Assembly (NCBI GenBank): GCA_008632985.1
Contig: QPGO01000067.1
Span: 1-64,000 of the forward strand
Direction of reading: 5' to 3'
Length of the DNA stretch: 64,000 nt
Source of the DNA: Psammoneis japonica
Taxonomy: Eukaryota
The stretch's first letter is position 1. Each line of letters opens with the position of its first letter. The notes under the pieces were generated by a model. The model saw only the letters and a list, made by a program, of their open reading frames with translations. It made no database searches and was not told the DNA's origin. The translations under genes were made by a program, and so were the position numbers. Shown here piece by piece: positions 1 to 12,172 of the stretch.

Positions 1-3000
1 CCTTCAACATCACCAGGAAAAGCACCACAGAAGACAAGAAAGTAAAAGAGACACTTGGGGCTCACATCAAAAGGCTTTTGTGGAGGCCACTTTGGTTGTG
101 TCATGAAACTGTTGTCAACAGATCAACATGTTCTGTCCAAAGTGGCCACAACAAAGGAACAAGAGGGCAAAAAGAAAAAACAACCAGAGGCTTGAATCCT
201 CACAAGCAATGACAAGCAGACATGCCAACAGACTTTGCAGAGAGTCTTTGTGTGGTGTCAAGATGCAGCGTTTTGTGAGCTGACCTCAGAGCCCAAGTTG
301 AGGAGAGTGCATCAAATGTCTCAAAAATGAGAGGCTCAGCACATCTTGAAAAAAGAGCTCAGCTCAAACCATGATCAACGCTGATGACAAACAAAAGGGC
401 ATCAATGAAAAGGTCAACAAGCACAGTTTTGCAAACTCTTTGGCTTGGTCTGAGCCCAGACATTGTTGTTCTTCCCAAACCCTTCTTTGTGGCTTTTCAA
501 TGCAATGCAGTGCACCGCCACAAAGCAGTGCATTCTTGTTGACATCAACAGGAACAAAAAGATTTGGCAGATGAAGACAAATTCATGAGCAGCTCAATCA
601 TGAGTCATGGTCACAAATGTGCTCAATCATGGTTTGCACAATCAAAAGGTCCAGCTTGGCACCTGAAAAACCCAGAAGTGCAAACAAAACACCCCACAGT
701 GTGAAGGCTTTTTTTTCAGCAATGGAGCAGGGGAGTTGAAACTGTCTTTCTGCTGTGTCTGAATTGTTTTGGTGTTCCAGCTGTGAGCAAAATTCTGTTT
801 GAATGTGCTGGCCACTTGTTGCCCCCATCCAGGAACAGCCATTTTTTGTGCTGATTGTGTTGCTGTGCCCTTCCATTGAGAACACTGTTTGCACAACTTT
901 TGTTTGGCAGCATGCACAGATCAGCTGGGAGTGGCAGTTGGAGAGATGCTGCCACATTGTGAAAATTGAGTGTCAAACACATCTCTCTAAGACTTGCATT
1001 CTCAGATCATTTTGGCCACAATTTTTGCAAACTCAGCTCATTGACAACTGCTGCTTGTGCACTGTGCCAGTGTCCCTCCCATGTTGAGCATTGACTTTGA
1101 GTCAATCACAGACCCAGGTTGCTGGTGTGGTTGTGTCAAAAACACCCTTGTTCTTTTCCTCTCATTTTTCATCTTGCCTGGCTCTCACAAAGTCCACTCT
1201 CACAGTCACTTTTTCCTTGTTGGACTGCTTGACATTTGGAAAAAATGTGGCATTTTTCCAATCTTCAACACCCAGCATCTGCACATCAAATCAAACCAAA
1301 CAACATGATGATCTCCAGGATGAAGGCAAAGGGAAGTCAAACTCCAAAGCATTTGCTGGGCGGGTGGTGGCTTCTTGATGCCAGCCAACATGCATCATGC
1401 TCAGGAACAGCAACTTGAATGTCTGGGTTCAATCTCAATTGTTGCCAATCAAGAGGAGATGCAAGAGTGCTGCTGTTGAAAAATTGCCCAATGGAGTGTG
1501 AACACTTCTGGATCAGCAAAAGATTTGGGCATTGTTCACCCCTTGACAGGAGTCCCCTGTCAGCAGGGAGGCCCCGTCTTTGTCATCCCAAAGCCAGCCA
1601 TGGCACATGAACAACATGCAGGAGAAAATTTCTGTCACATTGACAAATGGAGGGTGTCACAGAGCTCAAGCAATGACTCAAAAAGCAAGTGAACTCAGGT
1701 TTTAATGTGTGACCCCAATCAACATCATGGTGCACCTTCTGCAACCTTGTTGTTGGCTGCCATCTCCAAATCTCTCCTTCCCTGTGACTGGCTTTTATTG
1801 TTGGCCAGTTCCAGCTCCTGAAGTGAAATGAAGTTCATCAAGTGTGGTTGACTCCCTTTCCAAAAACTTCTCTTGGAACACCCAAAAAAATTGCAATGTG
1901 GTGCACATGCACAAAACATGCCATTTCTTGTGTGCAGGTGTGTTGGCAGGATTTTGCAGAAAAGCAAAATTGGTTGATTGGCAGATGGCATGCACAAGCA
2001 CAACACCTGGGGGAGCTGGGGAATGGGCCTGTTGCACTTTGATCGAAAGCTTTGAATCCCACAGTGATTGGGCAACTTGTCCAAGATTTTGCTTTGCCAA
2101 TCCCCACTCCAGCTGCATTGAATGCCAGCTGGATGAGAGCAGAGTGTGGGTTTGATTCTGCTGTTGGCTCAGGAGGTTGGGGACCTCAAGGTGTGCTGCC
2201 AAAGCCTTCTCCAAAAGCACCCACAAAGTCACAAGCTCTTGTGGAGAACAAACACACCAGAAGTTGTGCACACACACACAAAGGAGAGGTGTGATGTGGA
2301 AGAACAGGGAGATTGAAAAAAGAAAGTGAGCCTTGACATCAATTTGAGTCCAGGCACTTGAAGAACATGCTCTTGCTCCATTTGCTTCATGCTGTCATCA
2401 GGACCAGCAGATGCAACATTCTTGCCATCCTTGTCCACAAAGGGAGGGTCATTGCCTGCATCGCCTGTCTCCCAACCATCTGCACCAGGCACAAGAGAGC
2501 CCAAATTTGAGCAACAATCTGGTCACAACACCCAGGATGCCAGGGGTTAAAAGCAAGACAGGGAGGCACCCCCTTCATGTGTGGTGTCATTTGGTCAAAT
2601 GTCAGTGCTGGTGTGCAACAAAGGAGCCCCATGTGTGGGACCAACAAAAAGCAAAAAAGGCAGCAGTTTCTCATGACACACATGTGGCTTGGAATCTGAC
2701 AAGATGAGGCAAGCTTGGATTTCTTCCATTTGGCCAGAGTGATGAGTTTGCAATGAAGAGGCCCTTGAACAGTGTGAAAAAAATGCCTGCCCCCAGCACT
2801 GGCAGGGCATTGCCCCACAGGGTGCTGCTTTGTGCAAGCATGTTGCTTGCCTGGGCATTGAAAACTGCTGGCAGAGATGGCTTGCAAGCTTTGCAGTTGG
2901 CAACAGCTCCAGAGTTGCACCAAATGAATGTTCATCATCAGAAATGAACAAAGCATCTGCAGCAATCTGATTGCAGTGGCAACACTTGGACAACAACAAC

Positions 3001-4960
3001 TTTCTCAGGCTGCAGCATGTCAAAAATGCAGGCAAACTCAACTCAAGGAGGTGCTGAAGAGAAGCAAGCTTGTCAAAAAAAGCAATGACTTGGCTTGTTT
3101 TGCATGAAGCTTGACATCATGCCACCAGTGCCTTTGTTGTTGCTGCAAAAACACTGCATTGTGGGAAGAAGCTGCCACTCTGACAGAGACCAACAGAGAC
3201 ACCACATTGTGAAAAAAAACAAAAGCCAAGAGCAAATCTGGGAGGTGGGCTGTTGGAAGATGCTCCATGACAAGAAGCACCATGACCTGCCAAGACTTGC
3301 TTGACTGTCAAGCAAAGTGAGTTTTTGCTGGAGATCATCAGATGGGTCTGAAACTCAAACATTGTGCACATCCACAAGGTCTTTGAGAATCCAAGATTGA
3401 GCCTTTTGCAGCTTTGCAAAGAAGCAAAGAAGAAGCTCATCAAGCAAGTTCTGCATTCTTTCACATCTCATGGCACCGAGCTTGACATGTCCACAAATTT
3501 GAGCTCCTGTCAAAAGATGGTGGCTCACATCTCTGCATGGACTCCAAGCTGCTTGTTCTGCAGTGAGTTGAGCCAAGTGAAACCAGAGTGGGAGGGGGGG
3601 GGGGGGGGGGGACAAAGGATTTGAGGATCCATTGTTCAAAAAGCATGTTGTCATCATCATTGTCTGGGCCTTGGGTTGACATTGAGACAGGATTCCAGGG
3701 CACAGTCCTCACACCCTCCAGGGCTGGTGCCACTCTTCTGCTCTTCTTCCTCCAAATGCTGTGTCAACACCATTTTCTTTCCTTGTTTTGCCTGTTTCTC
3801 ACAATGTTTGTTTTCACAGAGCCATTTTTCCTGCATTGAACCTTCATGTTTGACAAATGACGGCATTTTTCCAACATTTGACACCTGTTGTCTGCAGCAT
3901 GGAAGAACCAAACCAAACAATGTTGTTCTCCAGGGTGAAAGAATGTGGCATGCAACCACCTGTCATTCTCCTCCTGGTGGTGCTGCAGAGATGCACCACA
4001 ATGTGTCATTTGCCAAAGCTCAACTCTTCCTGCCAAACCATCCTTGCACCACAGAGTTGGGCTGACTGCTGTGTGCACACCCTGTTCTTGCTTGGGTGGC
4101 TTGCAAATCATGCCTGCATCAACAGCAGCCGGAGCAACATTTTTGTGTGGGCGATGTGGAAAAAATCTTCAGGCTCAGTGCTGGTGTGATGCAACCTCAT
4201 TCAGAGCCCCAGCGCAATTGTCTTGAGCACTGTGTGTGGCACAAAATTGCAAAATGTCATGCGAGCTTGACCCAGCAGGATGTGAGCACTTTCAGCCACC
4301 CAATTGCCCAGTTTGAAGATGCAGTGTTTCAGCTGCCAGTTTCAGAAGCAGTTGATGGCACTGTCTTGTGCCAAGCTGCCCTTCAGAGCCAAGTTGGCCA
4401 AATTTTTTAGCCACATTGTGATGACCCAATGGCCAGCATTGCCACTCTGACAGGGTTCTTGTTGCTGAACATTTTTCATGGTGGCCATGCTGGGAGGAGG
4501 CAACCCAAATCTTGAACGAACGCATGCCAACTGCCTCCAAAGCTTTTTTTCAAGCCACTTGCATCCCCAGGGACTTTGAGAATCAACCAGACTGAGGATT
4601 GCTGATGCACCACAAGAGCGGCACTTCTCTTGCACATGCTCTCTTTGGTGTGGCGATTGCCACCATTGCAGATGCAATCTCAGCACTGCCAGCTGTGCCA
4701 ATGGTCGTGGACAATGGTGGCACCAGTGATGGAATGTCATCAGGCAAAAGTGTCATTTGAGTGAAACCAGTGTTTGCAGTTTGGCTTGTTGCGAGCTGCA
4801 ACTTCGTCAATGATCTGTGTCAATGACATGATGACAGGACTGTGTTGCAGTGTTGTGGGAATTGCATGTCATGCACACCCCTCCTTCTTGAGCTTAAGAG
4901 GTGGGGCCTGACACTGTGTGCCATGATGAGAAACCCATTGATTGTGACAAGCATGGATTG
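1..4960. mobile_element. Heavily decayed repeat/TE-like domain, nearly devoid of both TpA and CpG; family not identifiable
   Basis: The few surviving TA sites are in TTA/TAA contexts (agtaaaa ~43, ctctaag ~988, tttaatg ~1703, ttttatt ~1796, ggttaaaa ~2548, tttttag ~4408, cttaag ~4895). ORFs are Cys/His/Trp-rich and essentially Tyr-free. Confidence 0.55.
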
Positions 4961-5200
4961 AGTTGTGTGCTGTAGCTACATTGCAACAACTGCAGTGTGG
5001 TTGGAATTGCATGTTGTGCCCACCTTTCCTCGAGCTACAGTGGTGGGCGCCTGACACTGTACACAATTCTGAGAGCCGCATTGTATAAGTGCGGATGAAG
5101 TTGTGTGCCTACATTGTAACAATTGCAGCGTGGTGGGAATTGCATGTTATACACGCCTCTCCTCAAGTCAAAGTGGTGGGTCCCGACATTGTACTCAATA
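4845..5200 (+). repeat. About 3 degenerate tandem copies of a ~135-145 bp unit straddling the domain border
   Basis: GGAATTGCATGT recurs at ~4858, ~5003 and ~5136, each followed by a ggtggg...gacaYtgt motif. Confidence 0.8.
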
Positions 5201-5902
5201 TAATGATAGCCTACCTCTTCACTGGTACGATCTGGACCGAGTTATACCTGTGCGTTAATAAGAGACAACGGTTGCATACTTTTGGTATGAAAAGGTCGCC
5301 GATAAGTGGCTGCGTCATGGATAAACTCTAAACACCGCATGAAATCGTTCCAGCCAGCATGCAACCGATCAACCCTTCCAGAAACGCGAGCTCGAAGGGA
5401 TATGCGATCATGTTGCAACTCTTCCATTCCTTTTGCACATGCCGAGCCGCTGCACCGGGCCGTTTCTTGAGTTGACGACACGTCAGACTGTCGGCTTCAT
5501 TGCGATTATCGTCGACCCATCTCAGGGCGCAAAAGTCGGGAACTTCTCGTGCGTGTTGCAATAGAACTTGTCAAAGGTCTCCATACTGAATACTTTTGTC
5601 TTGTTGTTTAGCCTGAAAAACCGCGGATCTTTCCCAACAACAATGAACCATCGGCGGCGGTGTGCGTTCTTCGTTTCTCGTGATTACGACTAGCGTATGC
5701 GGCAACCAAACAACTTTTCTCGTTTTGTGGACCCTGCACCACCCTTGTATTTGCCGCCATTTTTACAAATGCTGAACGTATTGTGCTCATTCTGTCGAGT
5801 TCAAAATGGTTCATCCAAACTGATAAGACGTAATTTTTTTCTGAATGCATGATATAGAATTACCAAAACCATCAGGGAGTGAAGTAGTTTGCAGCTTGCT
5901 GT

Positions 5903-6877
5903 CTACATCTGTTTCATCCGTCTAAACGGCATGCGATGCCGCAACGTCTCCATTCTTTCGTGAAAACGTGTGAACTTCAAATTCTGAATCGTGTGTTCTC
6001 TTTGCAGCTGAACTTGCCGCCTTTCGAAGTCTGCTTGGGCTTGGGATAGTCTCGTGTACCCTAACTCTTTCAAAATCCGTTGCCTATGACGTCTTGACAA
6101 GACAAAATCATGATTGTGACGTCTATCTAATAGCCGCGCCTGGTGTTCATCAACAAGAAGAATTTCACTGTCTATCCGATACTCCCAAGACAGTGATACT
6201 GGTGGACCCTCTGAACATGCGGGATTGTCACCCAAACATACAAGATGTTCCCGTGTGGAAACCGTTTCAAACTCAATGTGTCTCCTCGCTTTTGATTTCT
6301 TCATCTCGGTCGAGAGTGATTCCTCTAACGTTGGAATTTTAAGTATACTCTTTGTCGGCTGCCTTTTCAAGTTAATTGGATCAGCCCTGATGAAGGAATA
6401 TTGACAACCTGCGCATCGTTTTGCTTCAATACCCATGTCGCCTTTGGATTGTTTATGGGGTATTTTTGCTTCGGGGTTCTCACGCTCCACGTCGTCGACT
6501 GGCACTTCGACACCGTTTTCATCAACCCATATGACGTTCTCTTCATAACTCTCCCTCGATGTACTTTCCAGTTGGTTGTTCGAGTCCATCAGTTCCTTCG
6601 TCTTGGGTATTGTGCGCGTCGTGGTATCTAGCAACGAATCCCCAGTCTTCATGCTATCGACAGTTTCATCGTGTCTCACTTCATCCCTCAAGTTTGATCG
6701 ATCGACCTTTCTAGGCCCAGCTCCCCAGCGATGGAAAACTACCTTCTTTACTGGCATTGCCGGCTTTCGCGTCAAACTCGCTACATCTCCATCAATGTTT
6801 TTGATCTTGTTGTTGCCCAAGGTCAAGGATTTGACTGTGTTCACGGAGTCTTGGTAGACAAGCCAATAGAAAACCAT
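5903..6877 (-). CDS. Uncharacterised protein with an 'F-x2-V-x2-REH-x3-LGDNP-x-CS-x-GPP-x-SL-x-W-x-Y' motif that I recall from diatom hypothetical proteins
   Basis: Long open frame with normal Tyr and TA content. First ATG at 6877; the true start may be MPVKK further in. Confidence 0.7.
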   Translation of the reverse strand: MVFYWLVYQDSVNTVKSLTLGNNKIKNIDGDVASLTRKPAMPVKKVVFHRWGAGPRKVDRSNLRDEVRHDETVDSMKTGDSLLDTTTRTIPKTKELMDSNNQLESTSRESYEENVIWVDENGVEVPVDDVERENPEAKIPHKQSKGDMGIEAKRCAGCQYSFIRADPINLKRQPTKSILKIPTLEESLSTEMKKSKARRHIEFETVSTREHLVCLGDNPACSEGPPVSLSWEYRIDSEILLVDEHQARLLDRRHNHDFVLSRRHRQRILKELGYTRLSQAQADFERRQVQLQREHTIQNLKFTRFHERMETLRHRMPFRRMKQM

Positions 6878-7354
6878 CCTTCCTGCTAATGTCGTCAATC
6901 ATACAACGCACTACCCCTCCTTAAGCTCTTTGTTCATTTTCACAGCCGCTTTCCACTGCTCATCCGTGTCACAAGTTTTGTCCTCGTGTCACAATCAAAT
7001 TTGATATGGAAGCTTCAATTCAAAAATCGAACCTCGAATCTCGTGGTCGCTACTTACAATATGTACCTATTCAGCAACAAATTCTATGTATAAAAATGTC
7101 TATATAATTTATATCTGTTCTTGACGGATATATTGAAATTCCAAAAGTAAATAAACATAATCGCTTCTCAATGTAACATTGAAGTTCCAAAACTGCGGGC
7201 GAATCTTTTGTTTTGGCCGGTGTCACCGGGTCGACCACCAGCATCCACCATCGCCCAATTACCGACTACCGACAAAAATCTAGAGAAAATAATAATACAA
7301 CACAGTGCTGCATGCAATAGAAGGTACAGTTGGTATAGCGCTCCACGAATTACG

Positions 7355-9367
7355 ATGAGTTCAAACCAAGAGAAACATTCAAAGGGACTTCGAGAAGGTG
7401 GAGATGAGATACAACGAGCTAAATTTGCTCAGAAGAAAGGAGCCTCTTCCGTTCAAGGCAGCGACGTTGCGAGCAATAAGAATGACAGCAAGTTGGACAA
7501 GAGCAAAACGAGAGGGAAGCGACGCGAAGCAGAAAAACACGGCGACACAAGGGGAAGAGAAGAGGGTGGGTGGGAAACAGTGGCGGGCAGATGGAATACA
7601 ACGAAACGGCGACTTCTACAGTAACTAGGCGTGTTTCTGGCGGTCGCGAGGATAATGGACTCTCTCCAATGAGTCAACCCCGAAAGCAGCCAACGAAGTT
7701 CGATCATGTTCAAGAAGTCGCCCACAGTGAAAGCGAACGACAATTTCCTGGAGCAGTTGCGGTTGAAGGGATAGGGGCAGACACAGAGGAGGACATGGGG
7801 GAGAGCGAGCATGAAGAGAATTCGGAAACTCTTTCAGCCGGTGAAAATAATGGGGCTGATGTCGCATTCATCGCTGAAGCAAGAGTGGTCGAGGACGACG
7901 ACCGCACAGAGCTTCACAATGAAGTCGACCGTTTGCGAACGATGGTAAACGAGATGCAGACGAGAGATGAGCAGACGAGAAACACTCCGGTAGTGCAGGG
8001 TGAAGCGGTGCCTGTCGCCTCTGAAGCAGGACCAATGACAGAAGCCGCAACCGACGAAGAGCAAAGGAGCCATGACACCCATAAGAGAAAAGGCGCCGAT
8101 GGAAACTGGTTTCAACGTCAGCCCCGCTGGTTGTGGTTAGTGGTAGCCATTGTTGTAGTTGCCACTGGCGTAGGTGCCGGTGTTGGCATCTCTCAGAGCA
8201 ACAACGATACGCAACCGTCATCAATAGCCCCACAAACTGCACCTACAACATCACCTTCGCTTGAATCATCAACAACAACGCCTTCCCCAACAATGCCTTC
8301 ACCGCTGTCTTTAGAAGCTACTGTGGAGCTCGTAGAAGCAAACTCGTTTGATGGCGGCGCAGCACTCAGCGACCCGTCGTCGCCTCAGTCCGAGGCTCTA
8401 CAGTGGCTGCTGAGCAATTCTGGGCTGGACGACTACTCGGATCGCCGCAAGATGCAGCGGTTTGCGCTCGCGACTTTATACTTCAGCACCAATGGAGACG
8501 GTTGGAAAAACTCGACCGGCTGGTTGAGCAACAGCCATGAGTGTGATTGGCACATTTCGTCTCGCTTTTATGGTCCACTTTGCAGCGACGGCGAATTCGT
8601 GAGCACCATCTTTCTGCAACAGGAAAATTTGGTGGGAACTTTGCCGCCAGATCTTGCGCTATTGTCGGATTCCATATGTAAGTTGATGTAATTATGTTTT
8701 TTGAAAAGTAAGAATGAATTGACTCACGTTTTGTTTGTACAGTGACCATTCTGTTAGAGTGGAATTTTTTGTCGGGTCCTATTCCGACCGAGTTCGGGCT
8801 CTTGACAAAGCTCGGTAGGTTTCTTGAGTTTTGGATATTCCCCGAAAGTGAGCGCAATTGACACCACTCATACGAGTATGTTTAACTTTATGTCGCAGGA
8901 TTTCTCGACTTGGGTCCCAATCGGTTATCGTCGTCCATTCCTAGCGAAATTGCAGGCATGACTAGTCTAAGTAAGTTACAACGGAGGTTTTGTGTGATTG
9001 ACGTTGGTCCTCTGTGTCTCTTATGTAGTGTGCGCCTCGCCATTTCTTTCTGGGGAAATCTCTTGATAATAGATTGGCTTTCGTTTGGAGAAAATGATTT
9101 AACGGGCAATGTACCTTCAGAAATCAACCAAATGACAAAGTTGGGTAAGTCATCGCCCTTGACTTCCGGCCCCTCCTCTTTCATTTCCTTTGACTTCACT
9201 CACAGCCACTATTCTCATGGCGTCCTCTTCCTCTATTATTGTCCTTCGCAGATTACCTTAATATCCAAGACAACAACTTTTCGCCGCCATTTACGTGTCC
9301 CGGCTTCATATCGACTTGCTGGGTTTCATGTGAAGATCCTTCAAATGCTTCCTGTCGTGAACTCTAA
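7355..9367 (+). CDS. Single-pass membrane leucine-rich-repeat protein. Exons ~7355-8677, 8743-8814, 8899-8970, 9073-9144, 9252-9367; apparent 1-nt frameshift near 7565
   Basis: TM helix WLWLVVAIVVVATGVGAGVGI, Pro/Ser/Thr stalk, LRR N-cap (SPQSEALQWL..QRFALATLYFSTNGDGW..WLS..HECDW), LxLxxNxLxGxIPxE repeats, GT..AG introns, last exon DYLNIQDNNF..CREL*. Confidence 0.85.
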
Positions 9368-9662
9368 AAGTTGTCACGTCACATTGATTTCTGCCCTTCG
9401 GGCAAGGATGTGGATACCACATGAGCGCAGGAGGCTTTTTCGCCGATGCCATTGCATTCAACTCGTATCGAAGAGCGAAACGCGCAAAAAGAAACAAAAC
9501 AAGGCGAACAAGAATGACGCGTGGTGATTGATAGCCACTATACCCAAAACAAGATTGAGCTTGACGAGGACGTCAACCTTAGCTTATCTTTCTACGCAAC
9601 GATAATCTGTTTTTTCGCGAAGCACCAAGCAGTATGCTTATCTTCTTTCCTTGCAACATATT

Positions 9663-10071
9663 CTCTCTACTGATTCAATGCGTATCCCATCATAGGATCC
9701 ACGCTGCATAGATTTGACGGTTTTATCGACCCATTCTTGTTCCGTTACGGGAAAGGTAGTGGCTGGAGCGGGATTTCCGTCGTTGGAGCCAGTCAAGGCT
9801 CTCTCTACTGATTTAATGCGTATCCCATCATGGGATCCACGCTCCATAAATTTGACCATTTTATCGACCCATTCTTGTTCCGTGGCGGGAAAAGTAGTGG
9901 CTGGAGCGGGATTTCCGTCATTGGAGCCAGTCAACGCTCTCTCTACTGATTTAATGCGCATCCCATCATAGGATCCACGCTGCATAAATTTGACCATTTT
10001 ATCGACCCATTCTTGTTCCGTGGCGGGAAAGGCAGTGGCTGGAGCGGGATTTCCGTCGTTGAAGCCAGTCA
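9663..10071. repeat. Three tandem copies of a 138-bp unit (46-aa repeat in minus-strand ORF 9638-10156)
   Basis: CTCTCTACTG at 9663, 9801 and 9939; translated repeat GNPAPAT.FP.TEQEWVDK.VK.M.RGS.DG.RI.SVER. Confidence 0.9.
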
Positions 10072-11250
10072 CCGGCGCTGTCTTCGACGCACTGGGCACA
10101 GCAGAAGTCACACCTCCCTGACATCCTCTTTGATTCATGGCCTTGGTAGTCTTCAAGATCCAAGCTTGTTCCTTTGCGATTAAGACATGGCATTAGCACT
10201 CAGTGCAATGTTCAAGATGTGCTTCAGATTCATCTAATGCTCGGTCATTAAGCAGAGAGTTGAAGAGCCTAATCAGCAAACAAAGGAGAAGCAGCACACG
10301 AGAGGAGGCAGCATGGAAAGAGCTGCAGGGGCAGGAGCAAAGAATGGGTGCACAAGACAGCACACGAGGCATTTAAAGAAGGGACAGGAGATGCATCAGA
10401 GTGTAAATTTGGAGAGAAAGCGGGGAGCATGGGCAGAAAGATGATGAACAAGGTTGCAGCTGAGAATTTGGGTGGCCCACTGAGAAGGAGCAGAGGAGCG
10501 GCGTAAGAGGAGCTGAAATGGTCAGCAGTGATTTGATGCCAGGTGAAGTCAGTGGAGGACAACAGATGGTCCTGCATTGCCGCCCCGCAAATGTAGTTTG
10601 GATCGACCTACAAACCGCGGCTTTGGAATATGCCATACCGATCGTCTTTGTTACCTCGGTCACGACCGTAATTAAGAGGGCAGTGACGCACTCCTGCAGT
10701 GGGTAGATACCGCAAGGTAAAGCTGACGAATTGCGGTAACGACATCATCGTAACGGATATACACTGTCGCACTTCATGCCGACTGGATAATATTGACCAG
10801 AGAAGACAATAAGGATACCATGTCTATTCTAGAGTAGAAGTTCGTTGCAACCAGCAAAAAATGTGGAAATGGTCGACGTCACTGTGACAATGGCGTTAGT
10901 GCGTCGTGAAAGTCTCTTTCGTGATACTGTGTACCGTATGACATGAGACTGCAATAAAAGTAGGGCCCTAAGGTTTACTAAATGATATGTGAACTAATAT
11001 ATATATGTAATATGTAGTCGACATCCGAGACGACGACTCGCCATCGTTCAAGGAATGAAGTCATACCCATATGCTGTACATATGTATTGAAATGCAATGT
11101 TTCATTGGGAGACGATACTATATCTTGTGGTCACCCTTTTAATTCTTTCAAATAGAACACAAAGGTGCTCATCCTTGAGATAAGGCATCACAATGAAACT
11201 CCATGAAACGTAAACTCACGCAATGAACCGCATCTGCGGCAACTTGGAAC

Positions 11251-11781
11251 TCAGACCTTGACACACACGAGCTCAAGCATCATTCTGCTATCATCACCTA
11301 ATAGCACCCCAGAACACTTTGCATCCCTCAGACCACCGACCCAATTTATAACTGCGTCGTCACCACCGTATTTGAAAAGGCAACGCGCAATGATTGCTGA
11401 ATATCCAGATTCACAACTTGCCTCGACAGTTTGGACTCCTGGGAGGGACTCTAAACCCGTAGTCCCAATTGAGTTGCTCACAATTTTATGAGACTTTCGA
11501 GTGAGGGAATTCAATTTATTCTGCTCCCAATCCTCTGAGACCCTCCAGTACCTCCAACTTCCAGACACCGGCACGCCCCTTGGTTGCACAACATCCCACC
11601 AGGTGGCGGGGGGTAACAACTCGGCATTGACAAGCTCGATATCTTTTCGGATGGGCGTAAAACCGGAAGCATGGATCTCGCCAGGGTCTCCTAACTCCAT
11701 TTCCACTTTTTGTGCGCCCTCGGTTATTGCCGTCTTGTAGTCAAAACACGGCTGTGTTAGCCTCATCGAGGGTACGACCAT
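11251..11781 (-). pseudogene. Possible class I histone deacetylase-like fragment
   Basis: GGDDAVINWVGGLRDAKCSG resembles the class I HDAC motif DIAINWAGGLHHAK, but the catalytic HH is absent and the ORF is short. Confidence 0.3.
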
Positions 11782-12172
11782 GCCATAACCAGCTTGACTC
11801 GCTCTTTTGTGCCTGTGCGTGTCTTATCCATATACATCAGAGTTCTTCAGAATGTTCTCCGTATTCTCTATAAGTCATTTCAATGACTTATCCCAAACTG
11901 CAAGGTCTAACGAGATAAAGACTTCAGTGATAACAAAATTGTGAGCGAAAGACCGAGGTAACGAGGGTCGCTTTCAGCGAAGCCCGTTACAACGGCTTCC
12001 GTTATATCTAATAGGTTCATTAATACTATATATCAGAAAAATAAGGTGCGAGACACTGCACTCTTCCCTTCCATGATTCGAGTGTCGAGAATCATGCGGG
12101 ACTCAAAAAATTTAAATTCCAATGGATGAGGATAGAAGGGAAACCCAAATGTTGGGGAGAAAACCCTTAACC

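Noticed and set aside
3594..3611. Poly-G run as a G-quadruplex element (also poly-T at ~35396-35412)
   Set aside because: Simple homopolymers in decayed DNA, of unreliable length and with no supporting context.
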